A stretch of DNA of 64,000 nucleotides from positions 18,352,001-18,416,000 of the forward strand of contig NC_086381.1 of NCBI RefSeq assembly GCF_036588685.1. Reading direction: 5' to 3'. The notes beneath the pieces are model-generated. The model was not told the origin of the DNA and ran no database searches. It saw only the letters and a list, made by a program, of their open reading frames with translations. Below, piece by piece: positions 25,127 through 38,000 of this stretch (within the stretch, counting starts at the first letter, position 1; every line of letters starts with the position of its first letter). Source of the DNA: Mytilus trossulus. Lineage: Eukaryota. A program made the position numbers and the translations under genes.

Positions 25127-28005
25127 AGCTTTTCAGACATTGAGTGGACATCCATTATAAACCAAAGATATTGGTTGAATAAAGTATTATTTATTATATT
25201 TTAGTCTTATTTAATCATGCCAGGCGTGGGTTATGTAATGTTTATTTGTTGTTAAGGTAACAAACAAGAAGAATCTTGCTGTATATATGCATATTTCATG
25301 TAGAAAGGAAGCGCTGTGTAGATTTAGACGTTTGGCGGGAGAGTCAGTAGTTGGGTCCATTGGTATGGGGGTGTTTGAGAGTTTCTCTTGTATTCGGTAT
25401 CGGGAACATTTGGAGAACAACCCTATTCATTTTAAAAATAGTTAATTCGCCCTAGAGTATATAAGTGGGTGAGGAACACAATTCGGGTTCTGTATATGTT
25501 CTTACAGAAGAATGACTTACAATAGTGAGTGCGCTACATAGGCTGTAAGGTGGACGACTTGTACTGAGTACAAGTTGGTCTAACATTGAAAGTTTGTAGA
25601 GAAGACTGTCCCACTCTGAGGACAGACTGCAACAGTCCACCTTCGTTGTTAGTGACAGACTGTCCCACTCAGATGACAAGTTGTACCAGCCCACACTGTC
25701 TGGTAGTGACATACTGTACCAGCCCGCACTGTCGTATAGGACAGATTGTTCTATTAGGAGAGCAGGCTGTGTTATAATTATATTTTTGTGTATATAAAAT
25801 TGTTTATTGTTCATTGTTACTTTGTATCGGCAAGCTGCTAGTGTGCATGGGATAGATAGTTATAGTTTTTAGTATGGACGTATTGTTGGTGAAGAAATTG
25901 AATCCAAGTATTTACTGGAACGTTCGTTTAAGATTTAAAAGTTGTATTTTAAAAGAAAAATGTATCTTATAGCTATTAAAAATCACTTGCTGTATCTGTA
26001 AGATTTTTTCATCATATTTTTTTTGTCTGAACGGTTATCAGGTATTTCTTTTCGAAAGTTCGATAGAACACTAAAAAAAAATTCACTATTTTATGAAAAG
26101 GCAGACTAGAATATGGCAGAGAATGAAGACGAGATACCTTTGTACAGAGATTTTTGTTATGTTTAGCATGGGATCAACACAAGGGTACATTATCCTTGAA
26201 AATCTATTTAAAAGTATTTGAAACTACCGTTTGCTTTGTTAATTGTGCCTTCAATTTCAAAAATTAAAATATCTCGTAGCTTCATACTTACAATTGAGTA
26301 TAAAACAAGTATATAAGTTTAAAAAAGAAATTCTTAGATTAAACACCTACATTTAACTTTAAAATGTCATAACAGTTTAAAACAATACAAATCTACACAC
26401 ACAAAAAACTGGCTTAATTTCAACTGGTTATCAACCAGAATCGCTATAAGATCATAAATAAGCTCACCTGTGTCGAGGGGTCGTGTGAGGTTCATGTTTT
26501 GTCCTGGCGTCCGCATTTACCAAAAGATCTATTTCTGAAATTACTCGACCAAATTTTACCAAATGACTTTTATGTTCAGCAAGCAAGATAACCAAAGATA
26601 TAATCCTGTCAAATATGAGCTGGGAAAAATATTTCAGAAAAGAAGATGGAAATGTGAAAGTTTCCGTGCGCCAGGTGCAACAGCATACGAACAGCTAACA
26701 TGCCTCGTCAGGGCGGACGTTAAAAAGTCCACGAAAATTTGATTTAAAACATTTATTTGTTCCAACAAAGTTATTGTGATTTTGTTGAGGATTTAACCAT
26801 CTACGACAACAAGAATGTTTTTTTTTTAGAATTTACAGCTCTTCTATAAATATATGCAAAGCAAACCATTGATCAAATTGCTTGCTATGATTGTTTGGAT
26901 GTTTGTAAATGACAGGTAAGTAGTCTGTTTACTATATACTAGAACTACTACAGGGTTAAAAATGAAAAGTTTTGATGGAACGTATTTCAGAAAAAATATC
27001 AAGATTTAACATGAAACAGAAGTTCCTTAGAGATTTCTAGAACCCACATATGGTTAATACTACTACGCCAGTAACCAGATTCGCCGTATTTCTGAAGACT
27101 CTCTTTCACTGCCGACTGAAATTTTGTTAAATCTAATATGTCTAATGGACAGTTCTTTATTTATTTTGTTTTTTTTGGCAATAAGTTTTTTTTAATAAAA
27201 TTGAGATTGGAAATGGGGAACGTGTCAAAGAGACAACAACCCGACCATAGAAAAGACAACAGTAGAAGGTCACCAACAGGTCTTCAATGTAGCGAGAAAT
27301 TCAGCTGGTCCCTAAACAAATATATACTGGTTCAGTGATAATGAACGCCATACTTAACTCCAAATTGTACACAAGAAACTAAAATTTAAAAAAATACAAG
27401 ACTAACAAAGGCTAGAGGCTCCTGACTTGTTAAAGGCACAAAAATGCGACAGGGTTAAACATGTTTATGAGTAATGCATATCTGATATAGTCCAAAACAC
27501 ATGGTCCGGTCAGATGATAAACTAAGCATTGAAATGATCCATTTTACATCAATATCATACTGAAGAAGGTTTAGTTTAAACATATTTTTTTTATAGTGGA
27601 TTGGGAAACAAGTTTTACAACTTAAATTAATCCCTTTCCACTTTGCGGGTGCGAGTACTGAAGAAGGATATCGTTCAACCGAAATATGTATAGATACTTA
27701 CATTTAATGTTTCCATTTTAAATATTGGTGTTGTTATCTATGCGTTTTTAGCGTTTGCATGTGGTTTGTTCTTCCTTTCTCAAGCTAGAACAACCAATTG
27801 ACTAATTACTCTTTCCATTGTAATATCTTTTCTTATCGATGAAAAGAGTCACAGTATAAATAAATTTTGACACACACTTGTAATAAATTGAAAAAAAATC
27901 GTTTATTAAAGGAAGTATACATATGTGTACATGTATGACATGAGAACTAAATTGCCGGTAAAATTTATAATGCAACATAAAAGATTTAAATAAAACAGGT
28001 TAATT

Positions 28006-28112
28006 AGTTATCAAATGTACCAGGATTATAATTTTATACGCCAGACGCGCGTTTCGTCTACATAAGACTCATCAGTGACGCTCAAATCAAAATAGTATAA
28101 AAAGCCAAATAA
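28006..28112 (-). mobile_element. Retrozyme family A fragment downstream of the TRPM-like stop codon
   Basis: Contains perfect hammerhead 28038-28081. Confidence 0.85.
28038..28081 (-). ncRNA. Type I minimal hammerhead ribozyme (intact)
   Basis: gcguca CUGAUGA gucu uaugu agac GAAA c gcgc g UC| uggcgu: stem I 6 bp, stem II 4 bp, palindromic stem III, GUC cleavage triplet. Confidence 0.88.
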
Positions 28113-28914
28113 ACTATGCATGTCATTAAGGATAAATATATCATAGTAATCTATAAAAAGGTATAAAACACTAATGTTATAAGGAGTTAGAAATGAAATT
28201 AAAACGATTTCACTTTAAAATGATCTAATTAAACGTATTTGAATAATGATAAAATGGTACAATCGCTCTTACAAAGATTCATTCGTTGGACATTGAAAAA
28301 TATGGGAACATTTACATAAACCTTTAGATCGTTATAAAAAGATTTTTTCTTTCTTTCCTGGAATGTAAGCATTTTCATTTACAAACATTTACTTTTCCCT
28401 GTTTTTTTCCCTAATGTATGCAGTATGCATTTTTTTAAAAGCGAAATATCCTTGTAACAGAATATTCGAAGCTTTTGTTACGTTGAATTCTGTTGTCTAC
28501 CTGCTAAGAATAATGAATTTTGTATACCAACATCGTGAATAAGTATATACATTTTAAGATATTGTAGGTTCTTCTTTTATTTAATACTCGAGCATACAAC
28601 TTATCCCAAACATATACATTAATGTATGATTTTTTTTAAATAGACCGCCTCCCCCTCCTTCAAAAATTATTTTCACCCTAAGAGTCTTAAATTGCATTCG
28701 CTCAGAGTTTTTCAATATAGGTTGAATCTTTATTATACTGATGTCCCCTGAAAATTGTTAACCAAATGTAGATGCAATAATAACACAATCTAACAACTTA
28801 TCAACACGTAAAAAAGCGGAGTATAATGTAAAATAAATACTAATACTGTTCAATTCAACAAATGAACAACTAAGACAAAGAAACCCTTTTCGAAAATTCT
28901 TATTCTACATGTTA

Positions 28915-29000
28915 CTAAATGAGTCCATCGTCCTTTTCTTCCTCTATAATGACTCGAGCAAATTCTCGCTGCCGCTGTAGCATTTCATCAATATCATGAC
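28915..29000 (-). CDS. TRPM-like terminal exon
   Basis: ttttttag|GHDIDEMLQRQREFARVIIEEEKDDGLI*. Confidence 0.7.
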
Positions 29001-32000
29001 CTAAAAAAACAATCGTTTTATTTATTTACTGATTACTCAAATACATAAGACTCAGAGAATTTATCATTTACACATTAAAAACAAGTGAAACTGCGAGCTA
29101 CTGCTCACTGATGATACCCCCGCCGCAAGTGGATAATATTAATAGTGTAAAAATATGCAAGTGTTCGGTAAACAGGAAGTTGTCGAGTGATGAATCTGAA
29201 AACGCATCACACGGTATAGTCCTTTTTTTTGGACATCTTATGTTGCTTCTGATATTAAATTGAGGTGAGAATTTGTATTGATTTATATTAATATTATTAA
29301 TTTGTATATTTTAACAATTTTGATTCGTTTAGGGATAGTCACATGCTAAACTATATTTTCGAAGGTAGAGAGAAAACGGCGGATAGCAAAAAGCATATTG
29401 ACCGGCAAAAAGCATATTGCACGGTTATTTTTAGAATATCTAAAAACCGATATACTTTGAGACGTCATGTAATGAATTTCAGGATATTGTTTAACGTTTT
29501 GAAACAAATGATATCTGTGATCGATTATTTGACGAAGAATATCTTCAGATACATAAGATGTAAAAAAAAAAAAAAAGTTAAATGAAATAACAACTAATAC
29601 GTTGTTATTTTCAAGGAGATAATGTAATATCTATAAAGTTCCAACAAACCTAAATGACGATTTTAAAACAAACATGGTCGGAAATTAATAATATAACAAA
29701 TATAGCCTTTGTATAAGGTCAATACAGGATATATCGACCCAAAGAAGTATATCGACCTCGGACTTCGTCCTCAGTCAATATACTTCTTTCAGGTCAATAA
29801 ATCCTTGTATCGACCTCATACAAAGGCTATATTTGTATAATATCAATACTAATTCTCACCTCAATTTAATATGAGAAGCAGCATTTTAAAATTTGAAAAA
29901 CAGTGTTTGCACGATTCACAAGGTATTGATTACTTATATGCATGGAAACAACATCAAGTTTTTTTCCAATCAATTACGGGTCGAGTTCTAAAGTCAAGTG
30001 TAATAATAGTGAAGATTCAAATTGACTTTACTATGTAAGTATTAACGACATATCAACACTCATTGATTCTCAAGTTATTGCACGAAAACGATTCACAGTG
30101 CAACTTTCCAATCATTCAAAGTACATAACTTCTGAAGGGAAAAATAAGAAATCGTCAACATCGAACATTACCTACATTGTATGACCACATATAAATAGTA
30201 AAATCACAAAAATACTGAACCCTGAGATAAATGTACAACGGAAAGTCACTGATTAATGTCAAAATCAAATGATAGAACACATCAAACGAATGGAAAATAA
30301 CTCTCATATTCCTGACTTGGTACAAGCATTTTTCAAACATGGAGAATTGAACCTGGTTTTATAGCATTACACCTCTCACTTGTATGACAGTCGCATCAAA
30401 TTCCTTTATATTAACAACGATGCATGACAAAAACTGACATTATAGATGAAATTGTCTTATTAGGAGTACTACAGTCATCACTGTGTCACAATCTCAGTAA
30501 GAACAAAAACAAACATTGAAACTTCAACTTGAAGATCATTTTTTCAACGATTTACCAATAAAAATTATGCACCTGTCCTAAGTCAGGAATCTGATGTATA
30601 GTAGTTGTCGTTTGTTTATGTAATTTATACGTGTTTCTCGTTTCTCGGTTTTTTATATAGATTAAACCGTTTGTTTTCCCGTTTGAATGGTTTTCAATAG
30701 CTTGTTGTACGGTGTGAGCCAAGGCTCCGTGTTGAAGACCGCGCATTGACCTATAATGGTTTACTTTTATAAATTGTTATTTACACGGAGAGTTGTCTCA
30801 TTGGTACTCATACCATATCTTCCTATATCTATTGAAAAGGCATCAATAACAACAATATTATTGAAATTTGAAAATCATTGATTAAATCATTCCCTTGTAG
30901 TTCGTAGATATAAATGATACCACATCCTAAACCCGCCAATCCGCTATACCACAACCCATAACCGGGAAGCATTGATGCAATTGCTTTTACACATATGTAT
31001 ATTTTGGTTCTTTTTTCTATGAAAGACGATGTATGATTACCGAACGATACATTTGAAATTTTCAAAAAAAGGTTTAAGCTATTTAATGAGACAACATTAA
31101 CAAGATACTTAGATTAAATAATAAAATTAACGGTACCAATTTTCATGCACCAGATGCACATTTCGACAATACTCTTCAGTGATGCTTGTGGCCAAAATAT
31201 TTGAAATCCAAAGCTTATATAAAAGATGAAGAGCTATAATCCAAAAGGTCCAAACAGTATAGCCGAATTCGTGAAAGGAATCAGAGCTTTGCATGAGGGA
31301 GATACATTCCTTAATTTATAATAATTTCTTATACTTTGTAGCAGCAAATTTTAATAACACAAAGAATTCGTATTTTCATGCCAGTACCGAAGTACTGGCT
31401 ACTGGGCTGGTGATACCTTCGGGGACTAATAGTCCACCAGCAGAGGCATCGACCCAGTGGTATTAATAAAATTAACGGTACCAATTTTCTTGCACCAGAT
31501 GTGCATTTCGACAATACATGTCTCTTCAGTGATGCTCGAGGCCAAAATATTTGAAATCCAAAGCTTATAAAACATATGATAAGTTAATGAAAGACACAAA
31601 TGTTAAAAACAATTCAATGTTACCTCGAATGGTTTCCTCTGAATACTCATTGCATAAGTAGAAAGGAAGATAACACATAACATAAAAGAGAATAATGAGA
31701 ACTCGAAACGGAATGTTCAGAGGGGAAGGTATCTTATGTTCGTATTCAATCACAACTGAGTGTCGATGGTAACGCCATTTCTGACTGGATTTTGTCTTTA
31801 TCAAATCAAATCGTGCACTAAAATAAAAAAATATATGTAATCAAAATATAAAATGAACATATGAACACCATAAGAACAAGGGAACCTCACCATCTAAAAA
31901 TCATCTCTTTGATAATAAATTTGGTATTAATGTAAATTTGTACAGAACTTGTTTGTATTAATGATTTATTACTCATCATACTCCCTGATAACAGACATAT

Positions 32001-35000
32001 ATACTTGATAATTTATCACAGTTTCGAATGTTGAAATAAAAATCGCCTTCTTTTTTATATTTTAAGTTGTCGCAGAATTAAAATCTATAATTTGTCGAAA
32101 CAAACGATTATCTAAATGAGGGTTAATTTTAACAAATAGTGTGGAAAACAGTACAAAATGTAAAACCAAAAAAAATAAACAATAAAAACTAGAAATGAGT
32201 TATTAAACCTTCATAATTAGTTTATGTTTGGAGTCTACCTTTTTTAAGTATTTTAATTTCAGTGTGAACTAGATTGACATATCAAAATACATGCCAAAAA
32301 GCTTTATATTTTACAGTGTTGCAACGTTGTGTTAATGTAATTTTTCCAAGTTTCTTTATATAAGCCGGTATTTATTAGGCATTCCACATAAAAGTAACAA
32401 AAATTTGTTTTACGATGCTAACGTTTATTTTTTTTTTGTTAATTTTCAAATACTAGTATAGTATAAATGTAGACACACCCCAATTTAACTTTAAAATATC
32501 ATCTGAGCATTGTCTGGTAAAAATAGGATCTTAAACACAACTGGACACAGCAAGGTTTGAAAGTTTTTATTTGCGTTAACAGTTTTCACCCATCAAATAA
32601 TATCGAATAATTTTTTAGCTGCATACTTTCAAACGAAATAAAAGCTACAAGAAAAAAGACATATTACCCGATTTAACCATAAGTATTCTCACCTAAACAT
32701 TGCGATAACTATATTCAGCAGCAACCAGTTCGTTAACATCATATAAGTAGCAGCGATTACTGGGGGAAGCCAGTCAGATGTCGGGCATCTGTTTAAGGAC
32801 GGATCGTTCATCCATAATGTACTATTAGTTGTGCATCCAGTATCATCTGAAGCTAAATTTCACAAAACTTAGTTCAATCATACAATCTCTGTCAAGTGAT
32901 CATTTTTTTTATTTGAACATTTTGTATCAAACGAAATGTTTTGCGCCTGGATATTATTTTGACCGGACCGGATACATTTATAAAATAAAACGAAAAATCG
33001 TCCTTCTTAGTCCATATTTTGTATTGAATTTAAGTAATTGAAATCATGAAAACTGGAAAATAAACATTTTAAAAAGTATTTAACATTAAAGATTAAATAA
33101 AATATTTAAAACAAACTCGTCATAGATGCCAGAACTTAAATAGGTACATTAAACTGTCAGCTAAATACTTATATGTGACACTAGAACCAGGCATAAATGT
33201 ATAAAAGAAGCAGAATAGAGTAAGAAGCTCTTCAAAAAAAAATTGTAAATGTCACTTGCATCATTTGAAACTCAAGTATGACAATTTTTTGTGGAGAAAA
33301 TTGAATGAGCATACAGAGATGAACTGTATGGTAGCCACTTTTAAGCAGTTGGAGTTAATTCTAATTGAATATATTTGAATTTACCAATACCAGTTTTATT
33401 TTCAGTGTTATTGGTTATACCAACATCTAATACAATATGTATAATCCAATCTAAAAAGAACTCTCGATAGTTAAAATGCTAAGATAAAATGAAATCTTTT
33501 AATTAAGAATTGAATGCTTCTTTTTGTAAATTCATTGGGGTTTAAAAGCATTGACCGAAGTTCAATTCTAAAAATGTGCGCACGATCAACGCTTTACAAC
33601 CTATGAAGTTACAAAAAATAGCATTCAATACTTATAATTAAATTTTGTAGCTAGGATCATGAAAACACGAATTTTATCCAGTTTTTTATTTAATTCACCT
33701 GTGCACTTTTTTGTGGGACCTCGTGTGATCATGCATGAAAAGTTTTATTGAGTAATACAATTGCTTAAGGAATAACATGTGATGTGCAGTTAGCCAATCA
33801 GAATAACGTATTATAGTGAAACATACATCTAATGTTATTAGTGATTTGGCTGGGTACCAATATTTTGATTGTAATATTTAATAATTTTTAATTGCATATT
33901 ATGTAATTATGTATTCATTGTGTTTTGTGACACTATAATAAATTATTCTGATTCTGATTCTGTTATTATTACACATTCAACTTTATCACATTTGTTTTTA
34001 GAAAACATCGGATTTTGCAAATACAATAATAACAAATTTGCCATAGTCATATTTCTGCACGGATCAAACATCATGTTATTGTGCCCTGTTATGACTTCAT
34101 AATGGTTTCTAACATCAATGACGGACGAGGAACATCTATTAAACTGACAGCAAAATCATTACATAAATAAACCCAATAATTTAAGAAAATCTGACTTGAC
34201 ATTCAATGACTTTAAATTAGTTTTGAACACAATTAGAAAGCTTCATAATAACAAAGTTATTTTAGTAAATGACAACAAATGCACGATCTTATCAGACAAA
34301 ATGATCAAAAGTATTGCTATTATTTTAATCATATGTGCAATTTGTGATCAATATCTTATGATTTCGAGCCATATATAAGCCCTCAAATACCATTTTAGGA
34401 TGACATGGGAGAAGTTGAATGATACTAGGGCCGATATGAAAAATGGGATGTTATAATATATTACTATTACCCAAATAGGCCTATCTGAATTCGTATTTTA
34501 TAAATTAATATTGCTATCTGTTCACAGCAGTACACATATAATATTGAGTTGAGTTGTCTATACTGGATGGGTTTCAACAAAACATGTGTATGCTCCTTTG
34601 TAAAAATTGCATTATGTACAATGAAAAAAAAAAGAATGTAAACCTTACGGATAGGAATCGCTATGTTTGCAATGTACAAAATAATAAACACAAGCTATTA
34701 TGTGTAACAAGACCAGTTGAACACCATAGAGTTAACGATTTCAAGTTGGTATTAGATTAGTACCTAACTGTCACTGCAAGCAATCCAGATTAAACTTTTC
34801 ATTACCAATCTATTGATCCATCTTTGTAGACTTCTCATGGTTATTCAATACAAATATGTCTTAGAATCAGAAGGGTTATATGTACCTGTATTAGTGAAAT
34901 AGGTATATCTTATATATTTAGCAAACCTTCTAGAACATCCAAATACAACTCTCCGTAGACCTGCCAGTAAGGTATTTTTAGGATTGACCAAATTTGCCAG

Positions 35001-38000
35001 TTCTGTATGTCTCTTGGAAACGCTGTAACTGTGTGATTTGGGTAAATATTTGCGTGGTAAACTATACCAGAGGCGAACATCAGTATGATAAGAATCACTA
35101 AATATTCACCGAGATCCACAAGCTAGAATACAAAGAACATATAATTGCCAAAAATTTCATGTTTAATGCTCTTACATGTAATATAAACTGCAGGTTCTTC
35201 TAGTGCAGCATGAACTATTAATCTTTACAGATCCGGAAATAGCTCCTCTAACAATTGTTGTGATTTTTATTTAATGGTTGTCTTTCATTGTTATGTTACC
35301 ACCAATCTGCCAATAAATAAGACAAACCGCTCATTGTTAATACTCATGCAATGGAATGACACATCCAATCAATGATTATATTATTTTTCTTCTTCTTGTA
35401 AATGGATAGAACATATTATTTTGACAATATTTTAACCTTTGATATGGTCTCTTCATTACCATTTTATCAAACACAACCAATAACTTTATCATGATTATAT
35501 TCGTTAAATAATAAGAATATAAATTTGATTAAAATCAAAATGGAATTATTATTTGAATATGCAGTTTATATGCATAAAACAAAATGTGAAGTGTACCTAA
35601 ACCAGGGACCAAACTGACGAAAAAGAATAACAGAGATATATTTGTTGCAAAAACAACAATATGCATGTGTCCTTACACCAAAACAACACTTAACCGTGTT
35701 TTGAATACTGATTAAACGATTTAATGTAAAAAAAAAAAGATGTTTTGTTTTTTTAAATTTGAACAACTCACCATTTCTTTGATCATTATAATGATAATAC
35801 CAAATCGTTTGATCAAAAGTAATAAGTTTAACAAGCGTAGAAACATTATGAACAAAGCCACGCTGTAGATTCGTCTAGTATGCAAAAGCAAATCAGGATA
35901 ATAATAGTGTAATCCAAAGCCGACGATGTATAAAATGAAGCATACAAAATCCAAAATGTTCCACATATCAAACAAATGCAGCAATACTCTTTGAAAAGAC
36001 CAGGAACAATCTTCAGGTCGAATCTGTAACGATTTTATAAGAAAGAAAATGTCAACACAAAATCATGGTATATATGTTTGATATTTTTTTTAGCATTTGA
36101 TTACGACATAATCTTTTATGTTTCAAAACAAATGGCCTACACTTTTCAGCAATTTTGAAGTCTTAACTTCTATAGTGTACAACTAATATTATTGCAGGAT
36201 AGCTAGAACTACCTCGATTTTTCTCTTTTAGTACAATGTAGATGTCTTTTGACTGCAATGATACAACTTTTCAACATAGCTCAAATAAAGTAGACGTTAG
36301 AAATAAAAGGCAATCGTACTTTTTTTTAATGAGATTAATTTGTCATCGTTTGTTTTTCGATTTGTTCTCGGAGGCAATTACCTCTTTGTTATTGAAAAGA
36401 TTATATTCATCAGTAGTTGCTTAAATTTAATTAATTGAAATTAGAAGGAGATGTATGATGAATGAAAATAAACAACTGGCCAACAAAGACCAAACAAACT
36501 TTAGAACTGTTGGAAGCTAAATTGTACCTGTTAACAATGCAAATTATTACCTTTTCCCGCCAGCCTTACACTTTTTTTTATTCCAATTTATGAATTCTAT
36601 ATACGCAAGTTTCACAAACTTGACATTACAATCCCTTAACAGCTTGTTGTTCGAAGTTAGTCAAGGCTCCGTGTTGATTGCGTACGTATTACTTATGCAA
36701 ATTGTGACTTTAATGGAATATTGTCTCATTGGCACTAATACCAATTCTTCGTTTATTTAGGTAGAACATTTAAGGAAATGAAATTGACTCACCATACTCC
36801 ATAGCTCCTCCAATAAATCGCCACACATATAAAAGAATATCATCCCTTCTAATATCGAAATCTCGGTTTTTAAGTCACGGGTGAGAAAAAAGCTGAACAT
36901 AACTAAAGCCGTAACAAAAAATATCTGAATAATCAAAAGTATTGTTATGTATTCATAATTTTTTTTTAAATCGTAAGATTATGATAATTTGATCATTCTT
37001 AATTGTATATGTATAGTGAAAGTTATGTTTTTATGCACTGTGACGAATGAATCCTAAATGTTTGAATTTATTCATAAGAATAAGCACAAGTTTCAAACAT
37101 AAAATGGTAAAAGAAATTCCAAATTCAACAATGTTTAACTAAGCAAAACATTAGAAGGATGTGTTGAACATACTTGCTTCTATACGTAAATAAATACTAG
37201 AAGGAAAGAGAACATCGTGCTTGTGTTGGAATGATATATTCACTAATTCAGAAAATTTCTTTCTTTCAATGGTCTGAGGATTTTGTTAAAATCTACTGAC
37301 TAATAGCTTATAAAAAGTACTCTCTATTTTAATTATATTTAATAACGAGACTTCACAAAACCTGTTAGGTGTGATATATCTGATTTTCATCCCAATCATT
37401 AAGTCTGCTTTATTCGTTATGTTATCTTAAACTTTGGTATATCCTTGTTCAAGTTACCGGTTACCGTTTTGGTAGCTGCACTGTGAATGTTATTTTTCGT
37501 GTTTTTTTAGTTAAACGATAAATGGTTCTAGATAGGAAACCAATGAATTATTTCTCGATGATCATATGCATCTGATTGTATCAAACAACATCATAAGTCA
37601 ACTTTTCTGGATCATGTTTTGTCTGTTGTAGTTGGCCTGTTCAATATTCCTACATCAGGCTGTTGTTCCTGGTTGATTTGCTTACGTTGTGTGTTGATGT
37701 ACTTTGTTCTTTCTTTTTATTAAATGTGTTTTCATTACACATGGATTACTATTAATTGAAACATAATATATCTTAACTAATAATTTTGAAATTAAGTGGA
37801 ATTGTTCCAAATGAAAATTATGAAAATACACGTGATATATGTAATAGTAGAGTGACAGATCAAGAAAAGGGTGCTTAGTTTACGAATTTAAAGACCGACA
37901 TACCTGCAGGCTAAAAATGATATTTTTGCAAATCCAATACCTAAGCTAACTTTTTTGCCCGGCCGTAGACATTTCATGCGGTGCATTTTCTCTTATAAAA

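Larger units (their letters stand above)
23202..25820 (+). mobile_element. Internally deleted Ty3/Gypsy LTR retrotransposon
   Basis: Two LTR copies starting TGTAATG (23202-~23610, truncated; 25234-~25820 ending GTTAC). Integrase C-terminus QRDLDKYIPFVMMAYRDSEHDTTG..PNSLMFGRE and GPY/F module PKLTCFWTGFF..YKV..IHVDRIK. No TSD seen. Confidence 0.85.

Noticed and set aside
29085-29220. CTGATGA-containing segment as another hammerhead
   Set aside because: No stem II/GAAA/stem III arrangement follows.
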